DNA of 64,000 nt from Eledone cirrhosa (lineage: Eukaryota), in the NCBI GenBank assembly GCA_964016885.1, contig OZ024761.1:4340001-4404000 (forward strand), read 5' to 3'. The notes beneath the pieces were generated by a model that ran no database searches, was not told the DNA's origin, and worked only from the letters and a program-made list of their open reading frames with translations. Of this stretch, positions 36,501-47,544 are shown one piece after another. The first letter of the stretch is position 1; each line of letters opens with the position of its first letter. Both the position numbers and the translations under genes were made by a program.

Positions 36501-37787
36501 CAGCATAGTGTTATGGCCCTTTACGTTCTGAGTTCAAATACCGCCGAGATTAGCTTTGCTTTTCATCTTTACGGGGGTCAATAAAATAAAGTACCAGTAA
36601 TACACTGGGGTAATTGCTGGCCTTGTGCCAAAAGTAGAAACAGTTGTGGTTATTTGCATTGGAATGCACACATTTCAAATTTTCCCATCATTTTTACATA
36701 ATAATTTTTATATAATATATGGGATGATTTCTTACAAATGAAACAGTTCTAGTTCTGTAGACGTCATTTCTATAATAAAATATGCCTATACTCTACTAAT
36801 GTATTGAGTACCTTTTTTACATTGGGAATCCATCTATTATATGTATCTATCTACGAACCCAGAACTGATAGGGGTGCAAGTGATACCTAGTGTGACTGTT
36901 TCATTGTTTAGCCACAGAGAGAGTAGCTCTTCTTAACATCACTTTCTACTCCAGTTCCTACTCTAGGTCACCATCTCACATTACCCAGGAGGCCCTGACC
37001 TAAACACACCAGTCATATCCACTTAGTAGCTGTTATTACCTCAGTACCTCCCTCACTGTCAGAGGTCACCCCCTCTCAAATCCACACCCAAACTTGGCAC
37101 ACATCTATAACACAACCCCCAGTCCTGTCTGTAGGGTAGAGAGGGCTCTTCAGTCAAATTAATGACTGACAACCTCTCAAGTGCTGATGATCTACACAAT
37201 AAACACACTCAGTACACCCTCCAAAGTGGTTGATGATAGGAAGGGCATTCAGCCATAGAAAACCTGTCAAAGGGTTAGGGGTCTTTAGCTATGTCATGAC
37301 AACTTCCCTAATGCTATTGCCATGAAAGAGTGTAGGATGTTCTGTCAGACCCCTGGCCTATTTGGGGCAATCAGTTGAGTACTTATAAGCTAAAGTAACG
37401 CTGAAAGTTACAACTGTTGCATGTAGTGGTGATAGGATTAGCAATATCTTGTTGATTTTATCAATGCTCCCAGGTGTGTTCAGGTGTGGTGGAACCACAT
37501 CTAGCCAAGCTTTGTAACTGACACTGTTGTAGACACGACTGAGTACTGGAATGTCTGTAAGGCTTCAATTGAGTACTGACTTGGTCTGTGACAACCTGTC
37601 CAAACCCCGCCCCGCTATCAGGGAAACTAGACATTAAATGTCGTTTATGATAAAATATTGTGAATTGACTGTAACCTATGTTAAAACTGATGTTACCTTC
37701 TTTTTCTTTCTCTTTCAGTTCTATTTCATCTACTGCCATGTAGAGCAGCTTTGTAGAAAAAAGCCATATGCCAAACAGATCCAGTAA
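10913..37787 (+). CDS. CDP-alcohol phosphatidyltransferase class-I protein (CDP-diacylglycerol--inositol 3-phosphatidyltransferase-like), 205 aa, join(10913..10958,17179..17274,29560..29615,32114..32170,33940..34060,35116..35288,37719..37787)
   Basis: Seven exons total 618 nt with consistent phases; N-terminal VPNIIGYIR; complete signature DGFDGYIARKLNQISEFGSLLDVVVD (DxxDGxxAR...GxxxDxxxD); several hydrophobic segments. Confidence 0.93.
11603..11850. repeat. Diverged two-copy tandem duplication (~140-bp period)
   Basis: aacagtcagataaa...ttcttcttag(t/c)ccgtagaaat...aaacggagc occurs twice. Confidence 0.6.
12370..12905 (+). mobile_element. Decayed 3' end of CRE-clade LINE (restriction-like endonuclease)
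   Basis: GLSRIDGKKPDG, WDVTV, KILKY, FQPVAFETFG, LSLAITLGNTASVL. Confidence 0.78.
12903..15260. repeat. 40-bp minisatellite (~2.3 kb)
   Basis: Unit ttacctgctkgtgtgttgtatgtggtcctagatgtgtgta. Confidence 0.97.
15400..15630. mobile_element. Composite SINE with family-B tail
   Basis: Reverse complement of 31426-31690; ttaggaagggcatccagctgtagaaatcaagcc. Confidence 0.7.
16022..16464 (-). mobile_element. piggyBac-like MITE carrying ~4 copies of a 69-bp repeat
   Basis: TTAA-CCCTTTA(T/G)CATTTA...TAAATGCTAAAGGG-TTAA termini. Confidence 0.85.
16525..17129. mobile_element. hAT-like MITE containing a 72-bp tandem array (16654-17010)
   Basis: Ends cagtgattcccaac / gttgggaacca; flanks ctatagat / ttatagat; ~5 internal units. 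Confidence 0.6.
17179..17274 (+). CDS. PI-synthase-like gene exon 2 (GYIRLLLLCVAF...SAILD)
   Basis: ttccAG acceptor; G|GTAAGT donor. Confidence 0.92.
17390..23945. repeat. 6.5-kb CT-rich minisatellite (~27-bp unit) with 2283-bp higher-order duplication
   Basis: Unit ccaaacatcgtctctcttctctctctt; identical variant blocks recur at offset 2283 (ORFs 18294/20577, 18857/21140). Confidence 0.97.
24199..24628 (-). mobile_element. piggyBac-like MITE with 69-bp repeat
   Basis: TTAA-CCCTTTAGCATTTA...TAAATGGTAAAGGG-TTAA. Confidence 0.85.
24633..24870 (+). mobile_element. Decayed 3' end of R4/Dong-clade LINE
   Basis: EKLAKYKGLEIEINRMW...VVLGVLG...EIQKILLTSTVHKLRNSLSM*. Confidence 0.72.
25125..25386. 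repeat. Inverted-repeat element between (TA)n runs
   Basis: Arms 25125-25215 and 25299-25386 nearly perfectly complementary. Confidence 0.9.
25285..25352 (+). ncRNA. Minimal type-I hammerhead ribozyme motif (HHR3), intact core
   Basis: tattttat/ataaaata stem I; CTGACGA 25293-25299; long stem II; GAAA 25333-25336; palindromic TGCGCA; UA site 25343-25344. Confidence 0.82.
25876..25952 (-). ncRNA. Type-I hammerhead-like motif (HHR4) with full stem III and A6G core change
   Basis: Minus strand: cacctg CTGGTGA gc...gc GAAA caaattc-ttagc-gaatttg TA caggtg. Confidence 0.65.
26148..27190 (-). mobile_element. Decayed Tc1/mariner-superfamily transposon, DD37D (maT) type, one end missing
   Basis: WFFSDEKNF, QQ(N for D)SVPCH and WPPSSPDCNPLD with 37 residues between 2nd and 3rd catalytic positions; TA|cagggtg terminus at 26148; in-frame stops. 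Confidence 0.88.
27669..27706 (-). ncRNA. Minimal type-I hammerhead motif (HHR5), U3-A8 core variant
   Basis: Minus strand: cctt TTGAAAA gcag-aagaa-ctgc GAAA ccgg TA aagg. Confidence 0.65.
28245..28512. repeat. Diverged ~139-bp tandem duplication upstream of HHR6
   Basis: tagtctacgacttca...acgtggttttgtctttg...cacgaacca twice. Confidence 0.75.
28575..28650 (+). ncRNA. Type-I hammerhead-like motif (HHR6), U4A core change, probably inactive
   Basis: acagattaa/ttaatctgt plus agttt/aaact stem I; CAGAAGA; ccc/ggg; GAAA; gca/tgc; UU site. Confidence 0.62.
28673..29523 (-). mobile_element. 5'-truncated RTE LINE (related subfamily) with (GAT)n tail
   Basis: GKWPCSIC...CSRC finger, FRYLGD, RRLRWYGHVMR; (TCA)n on plus at 28673-28693. 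Confidence 0.92.
29560..29615 (+). CDS. PI-synthase-like gene exon 3 (GFDGYIARKLNQISEFGSL)
   Basis: actcAG acceptor; GTAAGT donor; carries DGxxAR. Confidence 0.93.
29830..30650 (-). mobile_element. 5'-truncated R2/NeSL-like LINE 3' end (CCHC knuckle plus restriction-like endonuclease)
   Basis: CRRCGAAAETISHISGQC, RHD, IPDLV, VVDV, EKVRKY in ORF 29976-30611. Confidence 0.85.
31257..31703. mobile_element. piggyBac-like MITE without array, interrupted by a SINE (31426-31685)
   Basis: Same TTAA-CCCTTTAGCATTTA termini. Confidence 0.75.
32114..32170 (+). CDS. PI-synthase-like gene exon 4 (LDVVVDNIGRGLLWCHLCK)
   Basis: ttttcAG acceptor; AAG|GTAAAT donor. Confidence 0.92.
32181..32432. repeat. 24-bp minisatellite just after exon 4
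   Basis: Unit tttctagagctgtcaactccttca. Confidence 0.9.
32560..33820. repeat. 38/39-bp minisatellite derived from a SINE head
   Basis: Unit tagctgtcttc(t)gagktctaatcccatcttctaccaatats; preceded by A-box-like tggcagaattgttaaag. Confidence 0.95.
33905..33911 (+). promoter_or_regulatory. Consensus branch point TACTAAC before exon 5
   Basis: Exact TACTAAC followed by a polypyrimidine tract and AG at 33938-33939. Confidence 0.7.
33940..34060 (+). CDS. PI-synthase-like gene exon 5 (FGYLVSVLEWLTLVCTHGRGPDWK...VMEK)
   Basis: ttctAG acceptor; G|GTATTT donor; phase consistent. Confidence 0.9.
34115..34624. mobile_element. hAT-like MITE remnant with nested family-A SINE (~34370-34550)
   Basis: cagtggtcactaacc ... 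ggttggcaactgctg ends; SINE core inside. Confidence 0.5.
35116..35288 (+). CDS. PI-synthase-like gene exon 6 (GFKTSIGVVTIAGLHVLP...GRLLCLTVE)
   Basis: ccacAG acceptor; GAG|GTAAGT donor. Confidence 0.92.
35354..36255 (+). mobile_element. piggyBac-like MITE with ~11 copies of the 69/60-bp repeat
   Basis: TTAA-CCCTTTAGCATTTAC...TAAATGCTAAAGGG-TTAG. Confidence 0.87.
36460..36645 (+). mobile_element. Family-A SINE
   Basis: Head, core and ttgtgccaaaagtagaaac end. Confidence 0.8.
37719..37787 (+). CDS. PI-synthase-like gene terminal exon (FYFIYCHVEQLCRKKPYAKQIQ*)
   Basis: Long polypyrimidine tract and AG; phase 0; TAA 37785-37787. Confidence 0.85.
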   Translation, partial: FYFIYCHVEQLCRKKPYAKQIQ

Positions 37788-38876
37788 TGTCAGCTTGTGT
37801 TATGTAGTGTCCATATTTCTGACTGTGAGAGAGTATAGAGGAAGGAAAAGAGTTCCTGTGAGAAAGGAAGCAGGTTAAGCTAAACAACTGTTTAACCCTT
37901 TCACTGCTATTTGTTAAGGAAATCACTGACAATGAATGTCAAATCATTTTGAAAATAATCAAGAATTTAGAGGGATTTATTAATATAACTAATTAAAATT
38001 GGTGTTTGGAGCAGAGCTTAATGAATTTTCTTAGATAAAATTATGATGGAAGGTTTAGATAAATATAAACACTTTAAAACAAACTTCACAAACGCTCTTG
38101 CATAAAATTATGATGGAAAGGTTTTAGGATAAATATAAACACTTTAAAATAAAGTTTTCTAAATTGAAAGGAAATGCAGGAAGTTTTTCACAGCATGGTG
38201 GCTGTGGAGGACACGAGTGAAGTATTTGAAGAAAAGAACTTTCCTTCTCACCCAAACCCTTAACCTCTTCAGGTATCACTTGAAGAAGGAAGAGTGAAGT
38301 TTTGACTTCTAGGGTGTTTCATGAGAGCACCGAGATTGATGAAGTTGAATTGGTTTACTCTGTGAGGAAAAGAAACTGGGAGAGGGCAGTCCCCTCCTAT
38401 TGGGGGATTGTCTCTCATCAACATTTATTGTTTTGTATTATTATCACAACTAAACAGTTGAAGGACAGAGACTTGGTAAGTATCAGACATGTTTTGCAGC
38501 AGAGTTACGTTCTGAGTTTAAATCCTGCCAAGGCTAGCTTTACCTTTCATCCTTATGAAGTTGATAAAATAAAGTACCAGTAACACACTGGGTTGATTTA
38601 ATTGACTCCCTCCCACACCTTGTGCCTAAATCAAAACCCATTACTATCATGACTATTATAATCTGTTATATTTAATACTTTTCTCCATGTAAAAGCCAGT
38701 TGTCACCATTGTCCACATCTGGCCCCAGATGCCAATAAAAGAACTTGTTATTATGTTTGATTTTCTCATTCACTATCTGCAGTGTATATGTGTGTGTATA
38801 TTTAAATATATATATATCTGTATTTATATTTAAATATTTGTATATCTGTATGTATATTTAAATATACATAAAGGAT

Positions 38877-41643
38877 TGTTGTAAATACTAAATCCCTCCC
38901 CCGTGAAGAATGCACCTCCCAACATAGCCTAGTAGTTAGTGACCTCACAGTCAGAAATAGACGTACTCGACGACAGAGGAGGCCTACATTGAGGAGAAGA
39001 ATATGGAAGTTGAAGGACCCCATAGCCAGTGACAAATTTAAAAGCTTATTACTTGATGCCTTTGACAATAAGGAAGAGCAATTAGAGATGTGCGATATAG
39101 AGGAACAGTGGCAATTCTTGAAAGTGAACCTGCTGAAAGCAACGGATGAAATCTGTGGCTGGAGCAGACCTATTGGCAGGTGGAGAGTAACTTGGTGGTG
39201 GAACAGTAATGTAGAAGAGACAATCAAGGCCAAAAAGCAGGCTTGGAAAGTATGGCAGGATGGGGGAAGTAGAGAGCACTATCAAGTGGCCAGGAGAAAA
39301 GCTAGGAGACAAGTGTACCTTGCAAAAAGGGTAGCAGAGGATAGAAAGTTCAAGCATGTTCTACAACGTGAGGTGTTCAGGATTGCTAGACAATGTGTCA
39401 AAGAAAACCGTGATATTATCGGGGAGAAGTGTGTCCGTAATGATAACGGTGTACTTGCCCTCACTGATACTGATAAGAAGATAGCCTGGAAGTGTCACCA
39501 CGAGAGACTATTAAATGAGGAGAATAAGTGGGAAAAAGATAGTCTGCCCCAAATCGATCCAATAGAAGGACCAGCAGTGCAAGTTAAAAATAGTATAATA
39601 AGTAAGGCAATCAAAGATATGAAGACAGGCAAAGCAGCTGGGCATTCGGAGATAGTTGCTGAGATGTTGAAGGCATCTGGAATGGTGGGACATACTATGG
39701 TCACCCGTATAGTTAACCAAGTAATACATAATGGGGTCATACCAAAAGACTGGCGTAGCAGCATCATCATTAACTGCTACAAGGGTAAAGGAGATGCTCT
39801 AGATAGAGGAAACTATAGAGGCATTAAGTTAGTTGACCAGGTCATGAAGGTCACAGAAAGAGTTATAGCACAACTAATCAGAGAGCGAATTGGTCTAGAT
39901 GAAATGCAGTTTGGGTTTGTGTCAGGTAAAAGTACCACAGACGCTCTTTTCCTTGTACGACATCTACAAGAGAAGTACCTAGCTAAAAGTAAACCCCTCT
40001 ACTTAGCTTTTGTAGACCTGGAAAAAGCCTTTGACAGAGTCCCCCGCTCCATTATCTGGTGGGCTCTTAGAAAACTAGGTGTAGATGAATGACTTGTGAG
40101 AGCTATACAAGCTATGTATAATGAAACAGTCAGTAAGGTTAGAATTAACAATGAATATTGTGAAGAATTTAGTGTAAAAGTTGGTGTTCACCAAGGCTCT
40201 GTCCTTAGCCCCCTCCTATTTATTATTGCCCTTCAGGCTATAACAGAGGAGTTCAAGACCAGCTGCCCATGGGAACTCCTATACGCAGATGATCTAACGC
40301 TCATAGCTGAATCAATGGCTGAACTAGAAAAGAAATTCCAAACATGGAAGCATGGCCTAGAATCAAAAGGCCTTAAAGTTAACTTGTCTAAGACTAAAGT
40401 CCTAGTTTGTAGAAAGGAAAATAAGGCATAGGTACCCTCAGGGAAATGGCCTTGCTCAGTGTGTAGGAAAGGAGTAGGCAGAAATTCAATTTTATGTCCC
40501 AAATGCAAAGTATGGGTACATAAAAGATGTGGGATCACAGGTAAACTATCTAAGAACGTAGACTTTATATGTGGCCGATGCTCAGGTGCAATAGGTAGCA
40601 AGTGTCCACAGGATACTAGCCCCTTCTATTGCCCAGATGGTTCTATAGAAATAGTAGACACTTTCCGTTACCTGGGTGACGAAATCAGCAGTGGTGGAGG
40701 GTGTTCTGAAAGTACAGTAGCCAGAGTCAGAACGGGCTGGAAAAAGTCCAGGGAGCTTATACCGCTGTTGGCCACAAAAGGTTTCTCTCTAAAAATGAAA
40801 GGCAGATTGTATGATGCTTGTATACGAACAGCAATGCTACATGGCAGTGAGACATGGGCATTGTGTGCAGAGGACCTGCGTAGACTGGAAAGGAATGAAG
40901 CATGCATGCTCCATTGGATGTGTAATAGTAATATACGTGAATGGCAAAGCATAAATGAACTAAGTGAGAAATTAGGAATAAGAGGGATCAGATGCTGTTT
41001 ACTCGAGAGAAGACTACATTGGTATGGCCACGTGATGTGCATGAAAGACGACAGCTGTATAAAAAAGTGCAGGGCGATAAAAATTGATGGTAGTTACTGC
41101 GTAGGTAGACCCAGAAAAACCTGGGACGATCTGATAAATTCCGACCTTACACACTTGCACCTCTCTAAGACAATGTCACTGGACCGAGATCTTTGGCACT
41201 ACGCAGTAATACAGAAGACTCGCCTTGCCTATGTACAAAGCGAAACCTACAGTCAGTAGGCACCTCTTAACCAAATATACACCCCAATCCACTACCCCTA
41301 CCCTATCCTCCCACCAACACCACCCACTCTCTATAAAGTTGGTACCACAACATCCAGTCCAAATATATGAGATAAATGAGATCGAGATTATGTAGGTGTC
41401 ATGAGAAAAAACACACAGTCCACGCTGTAATGTGGCTGTGTAGGTAACACGGTAAAAAGTTTCCAGTTCTACACTGTAAATGTGGTTGGTGTTAGGAAGG
41501 GCATCCAGCCGTAGAAAGCCTGCCAGATAGTCCTATATGAGCGAGACACGGTCACCCGACCAACCTTGCTTCAAGTGGGATAACTCCCGTCTAACCCATG
41601 CTAGCGTGGAAAGTGGACGTTAAACGAGGATGATGATGATGTT
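38877..41643 (+). mobile_element. 5'-truncated RTE LINE with in-frame stops, full 3' UTR and (GAT)n tail
   Basis: ORFs 38989-40092, 40096-40431 (LLYADD), 40459-41259 in one frame, split by stops. Confidence 0.95.
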
Positions 41644-41644
41644 G

Positions 41645-42131
41645 ATTATCTTACATAATATCGAAGCCACAAGATTTTAATATTATTTTGAGAACAATAA
41701 CAGAAAGACGTGAGAGAATTCTGGCCAGATATGGCCGGTTTGAACAGAAAGTGAGAGAATTCTGGCTGGATATGGCTGGTTTGAACAGAAAGAAGTGAGA
41801 GAATTCTGGCCAGATATGGCCGGTTTGGACAGAAAGTGAGAGAATTCTGGCCGGATATGGCCGGTTTGGACAGAAAGTGAGAGAATTCTGGCCAGATATG
41901 GCTGGTTTGAACAGAAAGAAGTGAGAGAATTCTGGCTGGATATGGCCGGTTTGAATAGAAAGAAGTGAGAGAATTCTGGCCAGATATGGCCGGTTTGGAC
42001 AGAAAGAAGTGAGAGAATTCTGGCTGGATATGACTGGTTTGAACAGAAAGAAGTGAAAGAATTCTGGCCAGATATGGCCGGTTTGGACAGAAAGTGAGAG
42101 AATTCTGGCCGGATATAGCCGGTTTAAATGC
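41645..42131 (+). repeat. Fragment of the piggyBac-like MITE with a different segment amplified (41/45-bp unit)
   Basis: Unit gaaagtgagagaattctggccagatatggccggtttgRaca equals the MITE subterminal arm. Confidence 0.85.
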
Positions 42132-42139
42132 ATTCTTTC

Positions 42140-42430
42140 TCCACAAATCCAAGTTCAGTTATACTTTGGTGCAGATGGGTTGGTATCTAACCTGTAGCTC
42201 CAATAATGATGGGTATGAAGCTGAATGTATATCTTGGATCTGCAAACTTCTCATCAATGGTCCGTAGATGTCCTCCTTCTCTTGTATTTTTCTGACCTCA
42301 TTGACATTGTGTGGAGAGCTGACTTCTACAACAGAGCAGCTTTTCAATGTGTCGTCCTAAACAACAATATCAGGATTGGTGTGCTTTCATCCCTCTCAAT
42401 ATATTCTTCCGTATTTCATTTGAATTGCAT
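42140..42430 (-). mobile_element. Decayed R4/Dong-like LINE endonuclease fragment
   Basis: NPDIVV*, VVEVSSP, KIQEKEDIYGPL, FIPIIIGATG across frames. Confidence 0.6.
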
Positions 42431-42921
42431 CTGTATGTATGTATGTATGTATGTATGTTCTGGTTTTAGAATTTTATATATTTTTACCAATAGAAAGAGA
42501 GTCGGTTTCTAACATAGACACAAGACTCTCATTGGAATTTACACAACATCAACTAGGTAGACATGTATGCATGTCTGCATCCGTGCAGGTATGGATGTTA
42601 TTGTATGTGTGGATGTGTATGTTTTGAGTTATATGTGTGCATGTGCACATACAGAATTTTGGAATACTTTTCCTGTTCCATTAATGGATTGTACTTCTAA
42701 TTTCCTGTGCTTTCTGTTTCTGTGAAGCCCAGCTTCTCAAGATTTGTATTGAGGCAGTTACTAACATATCCCAGTGCCCCAATAATCACAGGTATAAATC
42801 TGAAGGTCTAGTCAGGGTGGAGTATCTGTAGATTTCTCATTAGTTCTGCATAGATATTCTCCTTTTCGCTGATCTTTGTATTTATGTACGTACATATGTA
42901 TGGTTTTCTATATTGCATTCA

Positions 42922-44290
42922 GAAATTGCAAGCATGGTGTTTACATCTACTACCGAACCGCTGGCAGCATATTTAACATCAGGCGCTTTGCTGCAAAAAC
43001 AAAAGTATTTACCTCAATCATAAGAGACCTTTTGTATGCAGATGATTGCCATCTTGTAGCGAGCACAGATTGACATGCAGCACATTTTGAATGCATTTTC
43101 TGATGCTTGCACTGCCCTAGGATTGACTGTCAGTCTCAAGAAAACTTTTGTCATGTACCAACCTGCCCCTGATAAGCAGCACAGTGAGCCAAATATCTAT
43201 CTGTATGCTAAACGACTTAGAGTGATTAATCAGTTTGTCTATCTGGGAAGCACTGTCAATCAATACAGCAATCTTGATAATAAAATTCCAAGCAGGATTA
43301 GGAAAGCGAGAAAGGTGCTTCTGGGGTCAGCGAGACATATGCAAGAAGACAAAGGTAAAGGTGTACAAGGCATGTATGCTCTCTTCTCTTCTTTATGCCT
43401 GCGAGATCTGGGTCACATATCGACATCACCTTAAACAGTTGGAACGTGTTCATCAGATGTGTCTCAGACGGATCCATGGTGTTCACTGGAGGGACCACAT
43501 CAGTGATGTCGAGATTTTGGAAAGCTCTGTGTGAAAGTATAGAAGCTCTTGTGCTTAAGCAAAGACTCCGATGGAGTGGTCACCTTGCCAGGATGAAGGA
43601 TTCTAGAATACCGAAACAACTCTTTTATGGAGAGTTAGTTAAAGGAAAAACAACCTCCACATAAACCAAAAAAGAGGTCTAAGGATTCCTTGAAAGCCTC
43701 TTTGAAAGATGCTAACATCTCTGCTGATACATGGGAAAACGTAGTTGCTGATCGTAATAAATGGAGAAAGACTGTATATGAGGGGAAAGTTGCCTTTGAA
43801 GCATCTCGAAACGCACACGAGAAAGTAAAGAGGTATGTGAGGAAAGGCATTGCTGTTGCATTTCCAGACAGCGAAGGTCCTCCTATGGCGCTGACATGCA
43901 GCGTCTGTGCGAGACTCTACCTCAGCAAAGCTGGACTCAAAAGTCATCTTTGCAGTCATTCAGTGAGACCAGTGGTTGACTACTAGGCTGCTGTTGGAGA
44001 TGCTACTCAGCATGCCTGCCAAGCATATGGAAAAGAATGTAGATCAGCAGGAAGGCTCAAACGACATGCAAAAGTACATGAACTCCAACCATGGCCAGCT
44101 ATTCCCAGTGAATGTTTTGGTTGCCAACTCTGTGCAAGACATTTTAGATCATTGGCTGAGCTAAAAAGCCACACTCGATCGCAGCACTGTTAATTATTAC
44201 TACATGTCTTTTTAAAAATTATTCATATATGTTTTTTTTCTTTTTTTATCGTGCAATAGCCATACGCGATAATGAGGGGGCAACCATCAT
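42922..44290 (+). mobile_element. Decayed BovB-type RTE LINE, 3' half
   Basis: YRTAGSIFNIRRF, DLLYADDC, FVYLGS, RLRWSGHLARM, PKQLFYGEL, C-terminal C2H2-like fingers. Confidence 0.9.
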
Positions 44291-45091
44291 ATATGTATGA
44301 TTGTACATATGTATGTATGCACTGTGTTCTACCAACTTAGATGAGTAATGATATAAAACTGTGATAGGGATGACTACCCTGCAGAACAAGGAACTGCTAG
44401 TTGTTCAGGGATTTTAAATATCATATATATCACAGAAGTATTACTGCCAAAGATCAGGATTTCATTTTTAAAATAATCTCAAAGAGAAAATAGATTATAT
44501 TGATACGGTGGAGTGAAGGAAAAAGAAGACATTCATAGCAGCGAGAAAAATTACTTAACCCTTTACCATTTACATTACTCTATATATATACTATTGTATT
44601 TTCACAGAATAGGCTTTACCTCACATAACATTTACATTACTCTATATATACTATTGTATTTTCACAGTAAAGGCATTACCTCACATAATATCTCACATAA
44701 CATTTACATTACTCTATATATACTATTGTATTTTCACAGTAAAGGCTTTACCTCACATAATATCTCACATAACATTTACATTACTCTATATATACTATTG
44801 TATTTTCACAGTAAAGGCTTTACCTCACATAATATCTCACATAACATTTACATTACTCTATATATACTATTGTATTTTTACAGTAAAGTCTTTACCTCAC
44901 ATATCTCACATAACATTTACATTACTCTATATACACTATTGTATTTTCACAGTAAAGGCTTTACCCCACATAATATCTCACCTAACATTTACATTACTTT
45001 ATATATACTATTGTATTTTCACAGTAAAGGCTTTACCTCACATAACATTTACATTACACTATATATACTATTGTATTTTCACATTAAAGGC

Positions 45092-45468
45092 CTATCTATA
45101 TCTATCTAGGGTGGGTAAAATTCCCGAGATCCATGGACGACTTCTCTCCAGCAGTCTCTGTCCCTCATTATCGCTGCCATGTCCTGCGCCTCCAACAGAC
45201 CAGTGTCTGGCCTTAGCGCATCAACATACGTTAACCTTGGTCTTCCTCTTCCAGTGTGTCCATGTAGGGCCTCCCACAGGAGCACTGAGTGCAATGTCAA
45301 CTCTGGATGTCGGTGAGCATGTCCAGCTAACCTCAGTTGCCTGTGTGTCACTTTTGAGCTGACTTTTGGGAGGCTCCCATACAGCTCTGAGTCTTTCATC
45401 CTCAGTGTATACTGATTAATGTTCAGAGCCATCCTCAGCTTTCTCGTGTAGCACCCATCCACCATTCA
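45092..45468 (-). mobile_element. Short LINE 3' fragment (RTE-like C-terminus) with (TAGA)n tail
   Basis: RQLRLAGH...GRGRPRLTYVDAL...DRDCWR. Confidence 0.82.
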
Positions 45469-47351
45469 TCTATATATACTATTGTATTTTCACAGTAAAG
45501 GCTTTACCTCACATAACATTTACATTACTCTATATATACTATTGTATTTTCACAGTAAATGCTTTACCCCACATAATATTTACATTACTTTATATATACT
45601 ATTGTATTTTCACAGTATAGGCTTTACCCCACATAACATTTACACTACTCTATATATACTATCGTATTTTTACAGTAAAGGCTTTACCCCACATAATATC
45701 ACATAACCTTTACATTACTCTATATATACTATTGTATTTTCACAGTAAGGGCTTTACCTTACATAATATCTCACATAACATTTACATTACTCTATATATA
45801 CTATTGTATTTTCACAGTAAATGCTTTACCCCACATAATATTTACATTACTTTATATATACTATTGTATTTTCACAGTATAGGCTTTACCCCACATAACA
45901 TTTACACTACTCTATATATACTATCGTATTTTTACAGTAAAGGCTTTACCCCACATAATATCACATAACCTTTACATTACTCTATATATACTATTGTATT
46001 TTCACAGTAAGGGCTTTACCTTACATAATATCTCACATAACATTTAGATTACTCTATATATACTATTGCATTTTCACAGTAAATGCTTAACCCCACATAA
46101 CATTCACATTCCTCTATATATACTATTGTATTGTCACAGTAAAGGCTTTACTTCACCTATCTCACATAGCATTTACATTACTCTATATATACTATTGTAT
46201 TTTCACAGTAAAGGTTCTACCTCACATAACATTTACCTTACTCTATATATACTATTGTATTTTCACAGTACAGGCTTTACTCCACATAATATCTCACATA
46301 ACATTTACATTACTCTATATATACTATTTGTATTTTCACAGTAAAGGTTTTTCCTCACATAACATTTACCTTACTCTATATATACTATTGTATTTTCACA
46401 GTACAGGCTTTACTCCACATAATATCTCACATAACATTTACATTACTTTATATATACTATTGTATTTTTACAGTGAAGCTTTTACTTCAAATAACATGTA
46501 CATTACTCTATATACACTATATATTTTCACAGTAAAGGCTTTACCTCACATAATATCTCATAACATTTACACTACTCTATATATACTATTGTATTTTCAC
46601 AGTAAAGCCTTTACCTCACATAATATTTACATTACTGTATATATACTATTGTATTTTCACAGTAAAGGCTTTACCCCACATAATATCTCATATAACATTT
46701 ACATTACTCTATATATACTATTGTATTTTCACAGCAAAGGCTTTACCCCACATAATATCTCATAACATTTACATTACTTTATATATACTATTGTATTTTC
46801 ACAGTAATGGCTTTACCTCACATAACATTTACATTACTCTATATATACTATTGTATTTTCACAGTAAAGGCTTTACCTCACATAACATTTACATTACTCT
46901 ATATATACTATTGTATTTTCACAGTAAAGGCTTTACCTCACATAACATTTACATTACTCTATATATACTATTGTATTTTCACAATAAAGGCTTTACCTCA
47001 CATAACATTTACATTACTCTATATATACTATTGTATTTTCACAGTAAAGGCTTTACCCCACATACTATTTACATTACTCTATATATACTATTGTATTTTC
47101 GCAGTAAAGGCTTTACCTCACATAATATCTCACATAACATTTACATTACTCTATATATACTATTGTATTTTCACACTAAAGGCTTTACCTTATAACATTT
47201 ACATTACTCTATATATACTATTGTATTTTCACAATAAAGGCTTTACCTCACATAACATTTACATTACTCTATATATACTATTGTATTTTCACATTAAAGG
47301 CTTTATCTCACATAATATCGAATCTATAAGATTTTAACATTATTTTGAGAA

Positions 47352-47544
47352 GGGCGGTGGATTGGTAGTATCGGTAGAGAGTCTGACGTCAAGCTTCACA
47401 GCATAGAGTTACGGCCCTTTATGGTCCGAGTTCAAATCCTGCCGAGGTTAACTTTACCTTTCATCCTCACGGGGTCAATAAAATAGAGTACCAGTAATGC
47501 ACCGGGGTAATTGCTGGCCTTATGCCAAAAGTAGAAACAATTAT
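47352..47544 (+). mobile_element. Full-length family-A SINE with 12-bp target-site duplication
   Basis: ttattttgagaa at 47340-47351 and 47545-47556. Confidence 0.9.

Noticed and set aside
35391-47337. Repetitive YFHSKGFTSHNI ORFs
   Set aside because: Arise from 60/69-bp MITE array units whose length is a multiple of three
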